Part shown: piece after piece, positions 27,787 through 38,053 of the stretch
Layout: each line of letters begins with the position of its first letter
Position numbering within the stretch: the stretch's first letter is position 1
IMG/VR virus record: IMGVR_UViG_3300042197_002234
Span: 64,001-128,000 of that record
Direction: 5' to 3' (one strand)
Origin: a virus
Length of the DNA stretch: 64,000 nucleotides
Program-made: the position numbers and the translations under genes
The notes under the pieces: generated by a model
What the model was told of the DNA's origin: nothing
What the model saw: only the letters and a program-made list of their open reading frames with translations
Databases searched by the model: none

Positions 27787-29592
27787 TCAATCTCTTAATA
27801 TTTTACTTAATTGAGCTTCTATTTCACCCAAAGAATTTCTTGCTTTCGACAAGTCAATATAATCCTCAGCGTGTAACAAATCATCACTTTCTAATAAAAT
27901 ATTCAAATTATCTCTTTTTACAGATTCAGGCGTTATCTCGCCGCCACCTTCAGATGGTGGAGGAGGTGGTGGCATTTCACCACCCATTTCGCCGCCTGGA
28001 GGTGGTGGTGGAGCCGCAGCCGCGTTAGCGGTATCACCTGTTTTAGAGCCGTAAAGTTTGTCAATATTGTCAAAAACACCTGTGTGACTAATAATTGTTG
28101 CGGTATTTGTAAGTTCCGCACCTACAGCTTTTTCAATTCTCTGTTGTTGTAAATCAAGTTTGATTTCTTCGTCTGAGAAACCTAATACGTGTTTTTTAGC
28201 CCAAGTAACAGAAACTGGTGCAATACCTTCAATTGCGGTAACAGCATCTTTATATAATAAAATTTTTTCTTTCCAAACTTCAATTTTTAATAAATCAGCT
28301 TGAGTTGACGGATTGGTTAATGCTAATGTAAAATTAGATAATTCATCTTCAAAACCTAATAAAAATAAATGAATGATTGCGATTTTATTTAATTCCGCTA
28401 TCATACATTTTTGTATTCTATTAATAGTTCTTGCGAAACGAATATCCATTAATGATAAATTTTTACCATCACCAACAGGTTCTTCAAATCCTAAAAACGC
28501 TTTAGGAACACGAAGAGCCGTTAACAATTTCTTTTGGATGTACTCGATGTCGGCAATCTCCGCTAAATTCTGAGCTCCAGGTAATGTATCGATTGGGCTT
28601 GGAGCTGCGGGGTCTCTAACTGGAATAAAATAATCTTGGTCAACCGCCATTTGATTAAATCTCATGTCAACATTTCCTGTTTTAGAATCAACAACTTGGT
28701 CTCTTTTAAATTTATTTGCAACACGTTGTACATATGGTTCAACATCTTTGTCGTCCATGTTTCCAACATATACTTTAAACACTCTTCTTTCAGGAGCCCT
28801 TGATGTTCTATAAATTAACATCGCGTCTTCAGATAATAAAAGTTGTTTCCAAATACGTCTGGCTTTTTCTAACATAGATGTACCATATGGAAGTTTTCTG
28901 TCATCACCCAACAATCTAAAATGAGCTATTTCCCAAGAATTAAATTCCATATCCTTGGCTTTCCATTTAAATCTTAAACCTTTGTTTTCAACAGGTTCTT
29001 CAACGTTAGCTGATTTAGCCGCCATACCTCTTTCAAGACGTTCAATCTCGATATTTGGTAATTGCATGCACCCAACAACACCCTTGTCAGAATCTAATTT
29101 TAAATAAACAAAGTTATCTCCATACTTACAAGTGTTTCTTGTCCACATTGGTAAGTTTGTATTAATGTCTAAAACATTATTAAATAAATCAACAAGAATT
29201 GATTTAATACGTTTTGACTCTGAATAGATTTGTAACATATAACCATTTTGGTCAACAGTTGTTGATTCTTCTCCGTAAATGTCTAATGCAGCGGAAATCT
29301 CAGGGGTATACTCCATAGATTCGTAATCGTAGAACGAAGCTAAACGAGTCGGTTCATAATAAACGGCTTGTGTATATAAATTACTTTCAATTTTAGTCCA
29401 CTGATTAGCAAGATAATAAGTTTGTTGAGCCTGCAATTTTTGCATCTCATACTCTTGTTTGGATGTAGTTCTAAGTAATTCTTTTTTATCTAATTTATAG
29501 GTTGGGTAGTCCTGCTTCAATAATGAATTAGGACCAAAGGCTTGGGACAACCTTTGCCAAACTGTAAATTGATTATTTTGATTATTTTCCAT
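27787..29592 (-). CDS. Portal protein (T4 gp20-like)
   Basis: YESMEYTPEISAALD, LEKARRIWKQL.L.EDA..IYR..RAPERRVF, EDYF/QDYFIP, IEY..KKL..AL.VP. Confidence 0.95.
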   Translation of the reverse strand: MENNQNNQFTVWQRLSQAFGPNSLLKQDYPTYKLDKKELLRTTSKQEYEMQKLQAQQTYYLANQWTKIESNLYTQAVYYEPTRLASFYDYESMEYTPEISAALDIYGEESTTVDQNGYMLQIYSESKRIKSILVDLFNNVLDINTNLPMWTRNTCKYGDNFVYLKLDSDKGVVGCMQLPNIEIERLERGMAAKSANVEEPVENKGLRFKWKAKDMEFNSWEIAHFRLLGDDRKLPYGTSMLEKARRIWKQLLLSEDAMLIYRTSRAPERRVFKVYVGNMDDKDVEPYVQRVANKFKRDQVVDSKTGNVDMRFNQMAVDQDYFIPVRDPAAPSPIDTLPGAQNLAEIADIEYIQKKLLTALRVPKAFLGFEEPVGDGKNLSLMDIRFARTINRIQKCMIAELNKIAIIHLFLLGFEDELSNFTLALTNPSTQADLLKIEVWKEKILLYKDAVTAIEGIAPVSVTWAKKHVLGFSDEEIKLDLQQQRIEKAVGAELTNTATIISHTGVFDNIDKLYGSKTGDTANAAAAPPPPPGGEMGGEMPPPPPPSEGGGEITPESVKRDNLNILLESDDLLHAEDYIDLSKARNSLGEIEAQLSKILRD

Positions 29593-29629
29593 ATTAAAAA
29601 TTTAATCTCAATTAATAATAATTAAATAG

Positions 29630-29791
29630 TTAGGTTCTTTTAATCTTATTAATGTTAATGTCATTATTTGGTTTCTGTTCATTTATTGTGTTATCACCAC
29701 CAGGTTTTACATTACTAACACCTTGTCCTGTAACATTTAATTTACTACCGTTAATAATATTTCTCGATTTTTTTCTCTGAACAAATCCCAT
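29630..29791 (-). CDS. 53-aa hypothetical protein (not in the ORF track)
   Basis: MGFVQRKKSRNIINGSKLNVTGQG...; late motif at 29804-29812. Confidence 0.55.
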   Translation of the reverse strand: MGFVQRKKSRNIINGSKLNVTGQGVSNVKPGGDNTINEQKPNNDININKIKRT

Positions 29792-29811
29792 ATTAGTTTT
29801 TATTATAAATA

Positions 29812-31581
29812 TTATCTAACCCCAAATAACCAACCATACTTATGATAATCTTCTTTTGTAAAATTTTGACCACCAAACTGCCTAATCCTATCGTTGTTAT
29901 TTGGTATAACAGGATTAAAACTTAAAGCCTCTCTTGATTGTTCATTAGTGTTTACTGACCAAGACTCAATCATCGCTTTAGTGTGTTCAGTAACTTTTGT
30001 TAGACTAGCAAATGATGATTCGGCAACATAGGTCGCCATCGCTATTGACATAATTAAGTCATCATGTCGTCCTTTTTGGTGGTCTGGTCTACCATTAATG
30101 TAAACAAAAGTGTCCATTTCATTATATAAACGTGTACTATAAATTCTAAAACTATGTCTCATAGCTTCTTCATATGAAGATATAATTTGGACTCGTTTGT
30201 TGTTAAAATTTATTCCTGGTATTTTTTCTAAAGCCTTTGGGTCGTATTTCCATTTATTTGCGGTATCAACACCATCAATATATAAATCTCTATAACCCAT
30301 TTCTTGTAATTTTCTTGATGTTGAGACTCCCATACCGCCAGTTATATCGACAACAATAAACGCATTGTACATACTACCCCATTTATAACATATTTCAGCC
30401 ATTGTGTCGGGTGGTAATTTACCCACAAATTCAGCAACCTGTTCTCTTTCATCAAAATCAATAATTTGAAATGAACTAAAGTCTTCACTATCTCCACGAC
30501 TAACGTCAACCCCCATAACATATTTGTGACCCAAAACAGGTTCCTTCCAAATCCAAAGTGAGTTAGAAACCATTTTGTTTTGTGGTTCTTTTAACATGTT
30601 TTCTTTTATGTTTTGCATTAATTTAGAATCAAAAACATTGTCACCTGAACCTAAAAAGTTACACTCTAATTCCTGAGAAACTTTTCTTTTATCGTATTTA
30701 AGTTTTTTAACCATTGCTTCAAACCAAGATGAACATGGTTTGTACCCCATTGATATTAAAGACTTAACCTCATTAAAATCTCTATTATTAATAGGAATGT
30801 GTTCCCAACTAATATTAGTTTTTAAATCATATTCTTCTTTGTTTAACAAATAGTGAACAATATCGTCAGTTTTTACAAAATATAAATCTTTAGTGTATCG
30901 TGGGTCTCGGTACCAATACATTTCAGAAATTCTGAAATCATTCATATTTCTTAGTGATTGGTCATAAATTTCATAATAAATTGCGTCGTGTCCGTTTGGC
31001 GTTGATATTACAATAACTTTACCTCCAGTAGATAGAGACGCCATACAAGCCGCCCAAAAGTCACTATCGGCTTCAATAAACGCAGCTTCGTCAAATACAA
31101 GTATTGTTGGTGTAAAACCTCTTAAAGCGTCTTTAGATGTTGCCACGGCTTTCACCTCACAACCGTTATTTAACTTATAGTGTTTTTGAGAATTTTTTTC
31201 AGGTGCAAAATCAATACCAACCCAAGAAGGCCACTGACCTACAAAAGCTCTAATTTTATTGGCCATCTCTAAAGACGTGTCCAATTTATTAGCAATAATT
31301 AGAATTTTTTCAGGTTTTGATTTTTTAGCGAATGCTAATTTTTTTGAAATCCATGCCGCGGTAACTGTTGAAACTCCAGCCTGACGATATTTTAACGCAA
31401 TATTTTCATTGTATTTTTCATAATCACTTAACAATGAAAGTTGGTCGGGAAATAACTCTAATGGTACGTATTTGGATACCGTGTTGTCGTAAGTTTCTAA
31501 ATAAGTTTTAAGTGCGTAATGATTGTCTTTTTGACATTTTACATATTCTATTAAAACTTGTTCTTTTGTAAGATTACTCAT
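29812..31581 (-). CDS. Terminase large subunit (gp17-like)
   Basis: KYRQAGVST, LVFDEAAF Walker B, ISTPNG, QELEC.F, GVDVSRG, HDDLIMS. Confidence 0.95.
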   Translation of the reverse strand: MSNLTKEQVLIEYVKCQKDNHYALKTYLETYDNTVSKYVPLELFPDQLSLLSDYEKYNENIALKYRQAGVSTVTAAWISKKLAFAKKSKPEKILIIANKLDTSLEMANKIRAFVGQWPSWVGIDFAPEKNSQKHYKLNNGCEVKAVATSKDALRGFTPTILVFDEAAFIEADSDFWAACMASLSTGGKVIVISTPNGHDAIYYEIYDQSLRNMNDFRISEMYWYRDPRYTKDLYFVKTDDIVHYLLNKEEYDLKTNISWEHIPINNRDFNEVKSLISMGYKPCSSWFEAMVKKLKYDKRKVSQELECNFLGSGDNVFDSKLMQNIKENMLKEPQNKMVSNSLWIWKEPVLGHKYVMGVDVSRGDSEDFSSFQIIDFDEREQVAEFVGKLPPDTMAEICYKWGSMYNAFIVVDITGGMGVSTSRKLQEMGYRDLYIDGVDTANKWKYDPKALEKIPGINFNNKRVQIISSYEEAMRHSFRIYSTRLYNEMDTFVYINGRPDHQKGRHDDLIMSIAMATYVAESSFASLTKVTEHTKAMIESWSVNTNEQSREALSFNPVIPNNNDRIRQFGGQNFTKEDYHKYGWLFGVR

Positions 31582-31587
31582 AATTTA

Positions 31588-32943
31588 TTAGTTTCTTGAG
31601 ATACCCAAGCCACCTAATAAATCATCAAGGTCATCATCGTCCATACCATAATCATCTTTATCTAGCGCTGTTTCAGCCTCATATTGACGTAACTCTTGAA
31701 TAATTTCATTAACCATTCTTTGTATAAACTGAGCCCCTTGAGGGTTGCCTGAAAGTATTAATTTAGCAATTCTGAAAAATTCTTCAGCCGAAAGTTTAGA
31801 AAATCTCATAAATAAATAATGTTGTATATGTTTTTTGTCTTCGTCAAAAAGTTCTGCGGGATAAGCCTCTGTAAATTTTTCCCAAAATATAGGACCTAAT
31901 CTCATGTCCCATATTTCAGCAGGTAAAGTGTCTTCAGCCCCCATAACCATTTCGGCTTGTCTTGGGTCATCAGGTAGTCCATGTGTACCAAACACTTCAT
32001 ATACACCTTTTATCAATTCGTGCATCAATAGTGGGAATGTCGCAGCTCTTGCTTTAACTGTTGGCGGTTCTGTGTCTGGTTCAACTTCAGTTTGACCTAG
32101 TTGACCTCCACCTGAACCCGCCATACCTTCCATGTCAGGATAAACCCAATATAAGTGGTCCATTAAAGATTGTGTTACACCATAAAGACCAACTAATTCA
32201 GGGTTTAATCTGTTTAATTCATCCTGTACTAAATGGAACATATAGTGACCTTTTTTAGCCGCTCCTTGAATCAAAGAGTTAATAAATCTTCTTTTAGCTC
32301 TTTCCATATTGAATTTTTCAAATTCATCTACAAAATCTTCTAAATCTTCTTTGTGGTCTTCAGCTTCTTTGAACGCGTCTTCAACATCTTCTTTACTTGG
32401 TTCTTCAGGTTCACTTCTCATCCCTTCGGCAGAACTCATAGGGCCAGAAACTAATTTGGCATCAAACTGTAAAGCTCCTTCAGGAATACCCATTTCTTTT
32501 TTTACTAAATCTACCGCCAAATTTTCAAGATATTCTTTATTATTTCTTTCAACTGATTGTATTTTTTGTAAACCTTGCATCGCCATCATCATTAATTGCA
32601 TTAATGGATTAGCTCCTTGTAAAGGTTGCGTAGTACCTAAATAATTTCTAACTTTATTTACGGAATCTTTAAATCTTTTAGATGATACAAGTTCAACAAA
32701 GTCTCTATCGCCTTTTGGCATTGCGGGGTGTTCAGAATATGGTGTTTGTTTTGAAGTAATCTTTCTTTCGATACCAGGTTCCATTCTTTCAGGACCCTCA
32801 TAATCAATTGGTGCTTCTTTTAAAGATTTTTTTACTTCGTTTAGTAAAGTATATTCTTTTTTAGTTAAACCTTCGTTAACTAATTTTTTTTGTAAATCGT
32901 TTTTCAATTTTAAAGACTTTTCTATTTTAGTATTAAGAGCCAT
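31588..32943 (-). CDS. Conserved hypothetical (likely head-associated) protein
   Basis: LKE processing-like motif, HELIKG motif. Confidence 0.5.
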   Translation of the reverse strand: MALNTKIEKSLKLKNDLQKKLVNEGLTKKEYTLLNEVKKSLKEAPIDYEGPERMEPGIERKITSKQTPYSEHPAMPKGDRDFVELVSSKRFKDSVNKVRNYLGTTQPLQGANPLMQLMMMAMQGLQKIQSVERNNKEYLENLAVDLVKKEMGIPEGALQFDAKLVSGPMSSAEGMRSEPEEPSKEDVEDAFKEAEDHKEDLEDFVDEFEKFNMERAKRRFINSLIQGAAKKGHYMFHLVQDELNRLNPELVGLYGVTQSLMDHLYWVYPDMEGMAGSGGGQLGQTEVEPDTEPPTVKARAATFPLLMHELIKGVYEVFGTHGLPDDPRQAEMVMGAEDTLPAEIWDMRLGPIFWEKFTEAYPAELFDEDKKHIQHYLFMRFSKLSAEEFFRIAKLILSGNPQGAQFIQRMVNEIIQELRQYEAETALDKDDYGMDDDDLDDLLGGLGISRN

Positions 32944-32945
32944 AA

Positions 32946-33938
32946 TTATTTTAAATTAATTCCTATTTCATCAAAAGATAACCATGTTGGTAAACTTTTT
33001 CTACCTGCTTTTGGAGCTGGTTTAACACCAGGTTTTGGTTGATACGGTGTTGCAGGTTTACTTGGTTTAGTTGGCGTATCAATGTCAATATCAGGTTTAA
33101 CAGGAGCTTCTTTACCTGCTTTAGGAGCTGGTTTAACACCTGGTTTTGGTTGATATGGAGTAGCTGGTTTACTTGGTTTAGTAGGTGTATCAACATCTGG
33201 TTTAACTTCAGGTCTTGCAGGTGCTGTTTGAGTGCCTTGTTCTTTAACCAAATTTAAAAATTCTTTTTTGGTCATTTTAGGTGTTATGTGTTTTTCAATC
33301 AATCTTAAAACTTGTTTTTCCATTTCACTTTCACCAAATGTAGGATTTATAGATACATTATTCAACTGTTTTTTTAACCCACCCGCAAAAGCTGAAGCGA
33401 CTTTCTTAGTGTAATTTGACATACCACTTTCTTTAGTTTCCTCTTTTTTCTTTTCAGGTAACTTTTTGAAGTTTTTTGTTTTTGATGCAAACTCATCAGC
33501 CATTTTACACCATTTCTTTTGTTCTTTAGTTTTTCCATCACCACATTTTGCAAAGAAATATTTTTGTTGTTTTTTGGATTCAAACTTCTCCATTAATCTT
33601 TTGTATTCCTCCTCTAATTCACCAGTTCCGTCGCCATAATTTTTAAATCCGTCGTCAGAGTCTGGACCTACTTGATGTGGGTCTTGGGTTCTTTCACCCT
33701 TTTCAAAATCCATAGGGTCTTCTTCATCCTCATATACTTCAAATGTTGACCCAGTTTGTTTAAGTTTGTCAATCTCAGCTTGATTTTTGCTGGATACCAT
33801 AACTTTTTCATTTGTTTCACCCTTAGACTCAAGTAATTTTTTATATAAAGTATTAACTTGAGATTCACTCAAATTAGTAACAGTTGATGGTTTAAGTCCG
33901 TATTGGATTAATTTTAATTGTTTTTGGTTAGTTTTCAT
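32946..33938 (-). CDS. Hypothetical protein with duplicated Pro/Lys-rich C-terminal repeat
   Basis: KPD..DTPTKPSKPATPYQPKPGVKPAPKAG occurs twice. Confidence 0.55.
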   Translation of the reverse strand: MKTNQKQLKLIQYGLKPSTVTNLSESQVNTLYKKLLESKGETNEKVMVSSKNQAEIDKLKQTGSTFEVYEDEEDPMDFEKGERTQDPHQVGPDSDDGFKNYGDGTGELEEEYKRLMEKFESKKQQKYFFAKCGDGKTKEQKKWCKMADEFASKTKNFKKLPEKKKEETKESGMSNYTKKVASAFAGGLKKQLNNVSINPTFGESEMEKQVLRLIEKHITPKMTKKEFLNLVKEQGTQTAPARPEVKPDVDTPTKPSKPATPYQPKPGVKPAPKAGKEAPVKPDIDIDTPTKPSKPATPYQPKPGVKPAPKAGRKSLPTWLSFDEIGINLK

Positions 33939-34338
33939 ATACTACCTTTGTTTCAAATTCTAAAACGATGTCACGTTCATACAATTTATCTTTTACAGAT
34001 TTTTCATCGTCACCAAATCTAAATACTAATCTGGTTTTATAATCAAAATCTATATCTTCACTTTCATTTTCCCATGCTAAGGCGATTACACCATCTATCG
34101 CATCAATCATAGAAAAAAAGTCGGAGTTTTGAACTACCGACATTGTTATCTTATCATTTTTTAGAACACCTACTTTTTTGATATGTTCTAAATTAGGTGG
34201 AAACGGGTATCCGTTTGATGGTTTTGAATCCCAATTTTCACCCCATATATTTTCTTTAGTTTCAGAAAATACAAATTCATATATGTTATCACCTTTGTAA
34301 TTAGGCCCAAGTTCATTAACATATATTAAAAAACTCAT
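33928..34338 (-). CDS. Hypothetical protein
   Basis: Coupled ORF. Confidence 0.55.
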   Translation of the reverse strand: MSFLIYVNELGPNYKGDNIYEFVFSETKENIWGENWDSKPSNGYPFPPNLEHIKKVGVLKNDKITMSVVQNSDFFSMIDAIDGVIALAWENESEDIDFDYKTRLVFRFGDDEKSVKDKLYERDIVLEFETKVVYEN

Positions 34339-35600
34339 AAAATTTGACCGTTTACTGAAACCTTAATTTGTTTATTTCTAATTTCAAATACTAAATTTTT
34401 ACTTTTAGTTTTACCCAATAGTTTAGCATTTGGATATTTTGAAATTAATTTTTTAGACATGATTTCTTGTGAAACTGTTTCGGATACTACTTTAATTTTG
34501 TTTAAAGTTTTCTCTTTGTGCTCAACAATTTGTTGTTTTTTAGCAATTATTTGTTTTTTCTCATTTTCAGTAATTGTAAAATATTTTTTCAAAACACTAT
34601 CAACTTTTGATTCAGTAAACATACCTTCAATCATATCAGAAATTTTCTTTTCATGTCTACTTTCTTTAGTTTCAACATCCATACCCTCTTCAACATTCGA
34701 AAATAAATCATCAACAAATTTATCAGCTGTCATTTCTTCAGCCATTTCACCTTCAGGTGCCGTTGGTTCAACAGGTTCTTCAACTTCCATATCAACATCA
34801 ACTTCTTCCTCACCACCTTCCATACCAACTTCTTCTTCAGCACCTTCTAATTTATTAACAATGTCTTCCATATCTTCTTCATCCAAATTATCTAAATTTA
34901 ATGCTGATAATACAGAATTAATAACATATTTAATATCTTTAGAAGACATTTGTTGTTCTTCATCGTCATTTAATGTTCTAATTTTTTGAGCTAATTTTCC
35001 TGTTAACTTTTGTATTGTTTTAAAAGTTACAACTTCTTCCTCACCTTCATCACCTTTATCTTCCATATCAACATCAACATCCATTTCGGTGTCAACATCC
35101 ATTTCAGGTGACGGTTCAGGAGTTGGTTTATCTACAGGTGTTTCAGGTGCGGGTGCTGGAGCGGGTGCGGGTGCTGGAGCGGGCGCCTGTTCTTTAGTTT
35201 CACCAAACTTTAAAATATATTTGGTGGCTGCTTTTTCATAAACATCGCCCTCAAACAAATTAACATTACCCTCATAACCTTCGTTTAAGTTAACTTCTTT
35301 AGCAATTAAATTAAGTCTTTTAAACGCTTGTGAATAAGAAGGATAATATTTTCTATTCTTCATAGGTTCAATATAATCCATTCCAACAGATTCGTTTAAT
35401 GATTTTTTAATTACATATCCATTTTTTTCTTTAACAATGTGGTATTTATTCCCATCGGCTAAAGTTTTTGAATAATCAATGCTCGTGTCCTCGTTTACAG
35501 GATTTGGCGTGTGTTCGTTATATCTAGAAATTTCAAGGATACGACTAATTTTATCCATTCCCTGTAATTTTTCACTTCCAATTGGTTTTAATTTTCCCAT
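34335..35600 (-). CDS. Acidic hypothetical protein with PAPAPA linker
   Basis: Late motif 35630-35638; many L/V-x-E motifs. Confidence 0.55.
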   Translation of the reverse strand: MGKLKPIGSEKLQGMDKISRILEISRYNEHTPNPVNEDTSIDYSKTLADGNKYHIVKEKNGYVIKKSLNESVGMDYIEPMKNRKYYPSYSQAFKRLNLIAKEVNLNEGYEGNVNLFEGDVYEKAATKYILKFGETKEQAPAPAPAPAPAPAPETPVDKPTPEPSPEMDVDTEMDVDVDMEDKGDEGEEEVVTFKTIQKLTGKLAQKIRTLNDDEEQQMSSKDIKYVINSVLSALNLDNLDEEDMEDIVNKLEGAEEEVGMEGGEEEVDVDMEVEEPVEPTAPEGEMAEEMTADKFVDDLFSNVEEGMDVETKESRHEKKISDMIEGMFTESKVDSVLKKYFTITENEKKQIIAKKQQIVEHKEKTLNKIKVVSETVSQEIMSKKLISKYPNAKLLGKTKSKNLVFEIRNKQIKVSVNGQIL

Positions 35601-35675
35601 TTTAGTTTTTTTTTAAAAATTATTTTATATATAAATATACGACGAATTAAAAATGTTTGTTTTTAAGTTTCAAAC

Positions 35676-37415
35676 TTATTGCTTAAATAATGAACCTATT
35701 GTTCCACTAAATAAATTAATTAAATCGTCTTGAGTTATAGTACCTGTATTTACTGTAGGAGTTTCTGTGGATGATGGCTCTATTGTTGTTATAGTTTTAC
35801 CACCTTTTATGTATGGTTCAGGGTCCACAGGTTTACCATTTTCATACAATTCAAAGTGTAAATGAGCCCCTCCTGAATTGCCACTACCAATATCACCTTT
35901 AGCACCACCTGTTAATCCAAGAGAATCACCTTGTGCGATAGTATCACCTTTTTTAACATCTATCTTCTTTAAATGACAATATCTACTTTTTAATCCGTTT
36001 CCGTGGTCAATAAATAAAGTACCACCACAAGAATTATTTCTTATTTCAGAATCAACAACAATTCCATTCGCTGGTGAAATTACATTAGTTCCTGATGGAA
36101 CTGCAATATCAATACCACTATGTTTTTTACCCCATCTAGAGCCAAACTTACTACTAATATTTGTGCTGTTAACAGGGTTTAAAAATTTTGTTTGAACTTC
36201 TTTATATGATTCTTTAGATGCGGTTGTTTTACCCGCAAAAATTTCTTCAGAGTTTTTCAATAAATCACGTAAATGTTTTCCATATGGTAGTCCAATGTGA
36301 ACATGGGTCATGTTGTTATTATTAGTCCATTCTGAAATATCACCAATTCTATCACCTACGTTAACTTCATCACCAGGTTTTAATTCAACATTTTTTAAAT
36401 GAGTGTAAAATATATCAGGGTATCCATCACTACCTTTTATTGATACTTGGGTACCGTATACTTTACCTGAATTTTTACCTGTATCCCTAATTTTACTTAC
36501 CTTACCTTTAGTGTATGAGTTGACTAATGTACCTGCGGGAGCAAAAACATCCCAAGCGTTATCTGATTGCCAATTACCAAAAGCTCTGGACCCGTGATTT
36601 TTTGGTCCGTTTTCTAAATCAGTTTTAAAAACACCACCAATATTTGTGGTACTTTCCTTTAAAGATAATAATTTATCCGAATGTTTGTTTTGAGAATTAT
36701 ATAGTTTTTCAATATACCCATTTCTTCTTAATATTTTGAATACAATATTTTCATCGGAATATTCACCACCTTTTTCAAGACCACAAGTTCTATATTTTTT
36801 TAATTTTTCTTTATACTTTTTAAGTATTTTGTTAGCTTCTTCTATAGACTCATCTTCAATGTTTTCAACAACACCGTCGATAATATTCATCCATTGTTGA
36901 GCTTTAGATTTAATTAATTTTTTGTCTATTTTAATATTCTCTTTTTTAGGGGTAACTAACCATTCATCATTTAAAACTGAAAACACACCACTACTAAAAT
37001 GAGACTCAGATTCATTCTGAACATAAAGTTCAACATCATATCCATATATAGTAATATCATGTTTATCATTATATATTGTTTTTTTTAACCTAAAAAGTTC
37101 TTCGTATAATGGTAGTTCTTTTTTTGAAAATTGATTAAAATCGGTTAAAATATGTAAATCAATATCAGAGTATTTAGACCAATTATAATTAGCCAATGAA
37201 CCAGTCATTAAAACATCTGAAACAATAATATCAACATCTAAAAAATTTACAAATTCGTTTGCGATTTCTAATAATCTATTTCTAACTTTTGGGTTCATCA
37301 TATATGATTGACCGTCAGGGTCTCCCATATATTTTTCTTTTGGTAAATACCAAATCTTAGGATTAAGGTTGTCCTGTTGATTAAATGATGATAAGATTGA
37401 TTGTATATTACCCAT
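35676..37415 (-). CDS. Pol-beta-family nucleotidyltransferase fused to two M23 peptidase domains
   Basis: TGSLANYNWSKYSDIDLH (GS..DxD); M23 #1 YTHL..HVH; M23 #2 HSGID..YCHL..GAHLHFE. Confidence 0.8.
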   Translation of the reverse strand: MGNIQSILSSFNQQDNLNPKIWYLPKEKYMGDPDGQSYMMNPKVRNRLLEIANEFVNFLDVDIIVSDVLMTGSLANYNWSKYSDIDLHILTDFNQFSKKELPLYEELFRLKKTIYNDKHDITIYGYDVELYVQNESESHFSSGVFSVLNDEWLVTPKKENIKIDKKLIKSKAQQWMNIIDGVVENIEDESIEEANKILKKYKEKLKKYRTCGLEKGGEYSDENIVFKILRRNGYIEKLYNSQNKHSDKLLSLKESTTNIGGVFKTDLENGPKNHGSRAFGNWQSDNAWDVFAPAGTLVNSYTKGKVSKIRDTGKNSGKVYGTQVSIKGSDGYPDIFYTHLKNVELKPGDEVNVGDRIGDISEWTNNNNMTHVHIGLPYGKHLRDLLKNSEEIFAGKTTASKESYKEVQTKFLNPVNSTNISSKFGSRWGKKHSGIDIAVPSGTNVISPANGIVVDSEIRNNSCGGTLFIDHGNGLKSRYCHLKKIDVKKGDTIAQGDSLGLTGGAKGDIGSGNSGGAHLHFELYENGKPVDPEPYIKGGKTITTIEPSSTETPTVNTGTITQDDLINLFSGTIGSLFKQ

Positions 37416-37446
37416 AATACTATAAATAGTATGGTAAATACATTTA

Positions 37447-37689
37447 TTACAACTTGGTATATTTGTATTTCTTAGAAATATCTGAACTAAAAAATTTTCC
37501 TTGAGATTCTGTCATTCTAAAACGAGTGTATATTTCGTGAGGGACAGAATCGTATTTATATTTAAGACCATTTTTAAATTCAACAATCATTTCTTTTGAT
37601 TCTGTATCGTATTCTGTTCTTACGATATTACTTGACTGGACTTCATTCAATATCTTCGTCCCAATTATCTCTTCTTTCGTTATTGCCAT
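37447..37689 (-). CDS. KTSC-domain protein
   Basis: SSNI....YD.ES..M.VEFKNG..Y.Y..VP..IY..F....S.GKFF. Confidence 0.85.
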   Translation of the reverse strand: MAITKEEIIGTKILNEVQSSNIVRTEYDTESKEMIVEFKNGLKYKYDSVPHEIYTRFRMTESQGKFFSSDISKKYKYTKL

Positions 37690-37984
37690 TTTCTAAAGGT
37701 GTTAATAAATCTATTTTATATAATTCACTTTTAAGGTAATCCGAGAAATCACTAAAGTCAACACTATCACCAAAGTAACTCTTTATTTCGGAAAACAACT
37801 CATCACGTGAATTAAGAAATCTGTGATGTAACGACATTAATTCATTTGGATAGTTGGGTGGATTTCTTAATTCATATTCGGTCCAACCCTCTCTCTGAAA
37901 AAATTTTCTAATTTTATAATAATTTTCAATTAGCTCTTTATCAGCGTTTAAAGTTTTAATGAATTTTTCCAAACGTACATTCAT
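37643..37984 (-). CDS. Hypothetical protein
   Basis: Late motif 37988-37996. Confidence 0.5.
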   Translation of the reverse strand: MNVRLEKFIKTLNADKELIENYYKIRKFFQREGWTEYELRNPPNYPNELMSLHHRFLNSRDELFSEIKSYFGDSVDFSDFSDYLKSELYKIDLLTPLENGNNERRDNWDEDIE

Positions 37985-38053
37985 AACAATAAATATGAAG
38001 TAGGTTGATATTTTACCAAACTATAATTATGTTTATGTCATACATTTTATATT

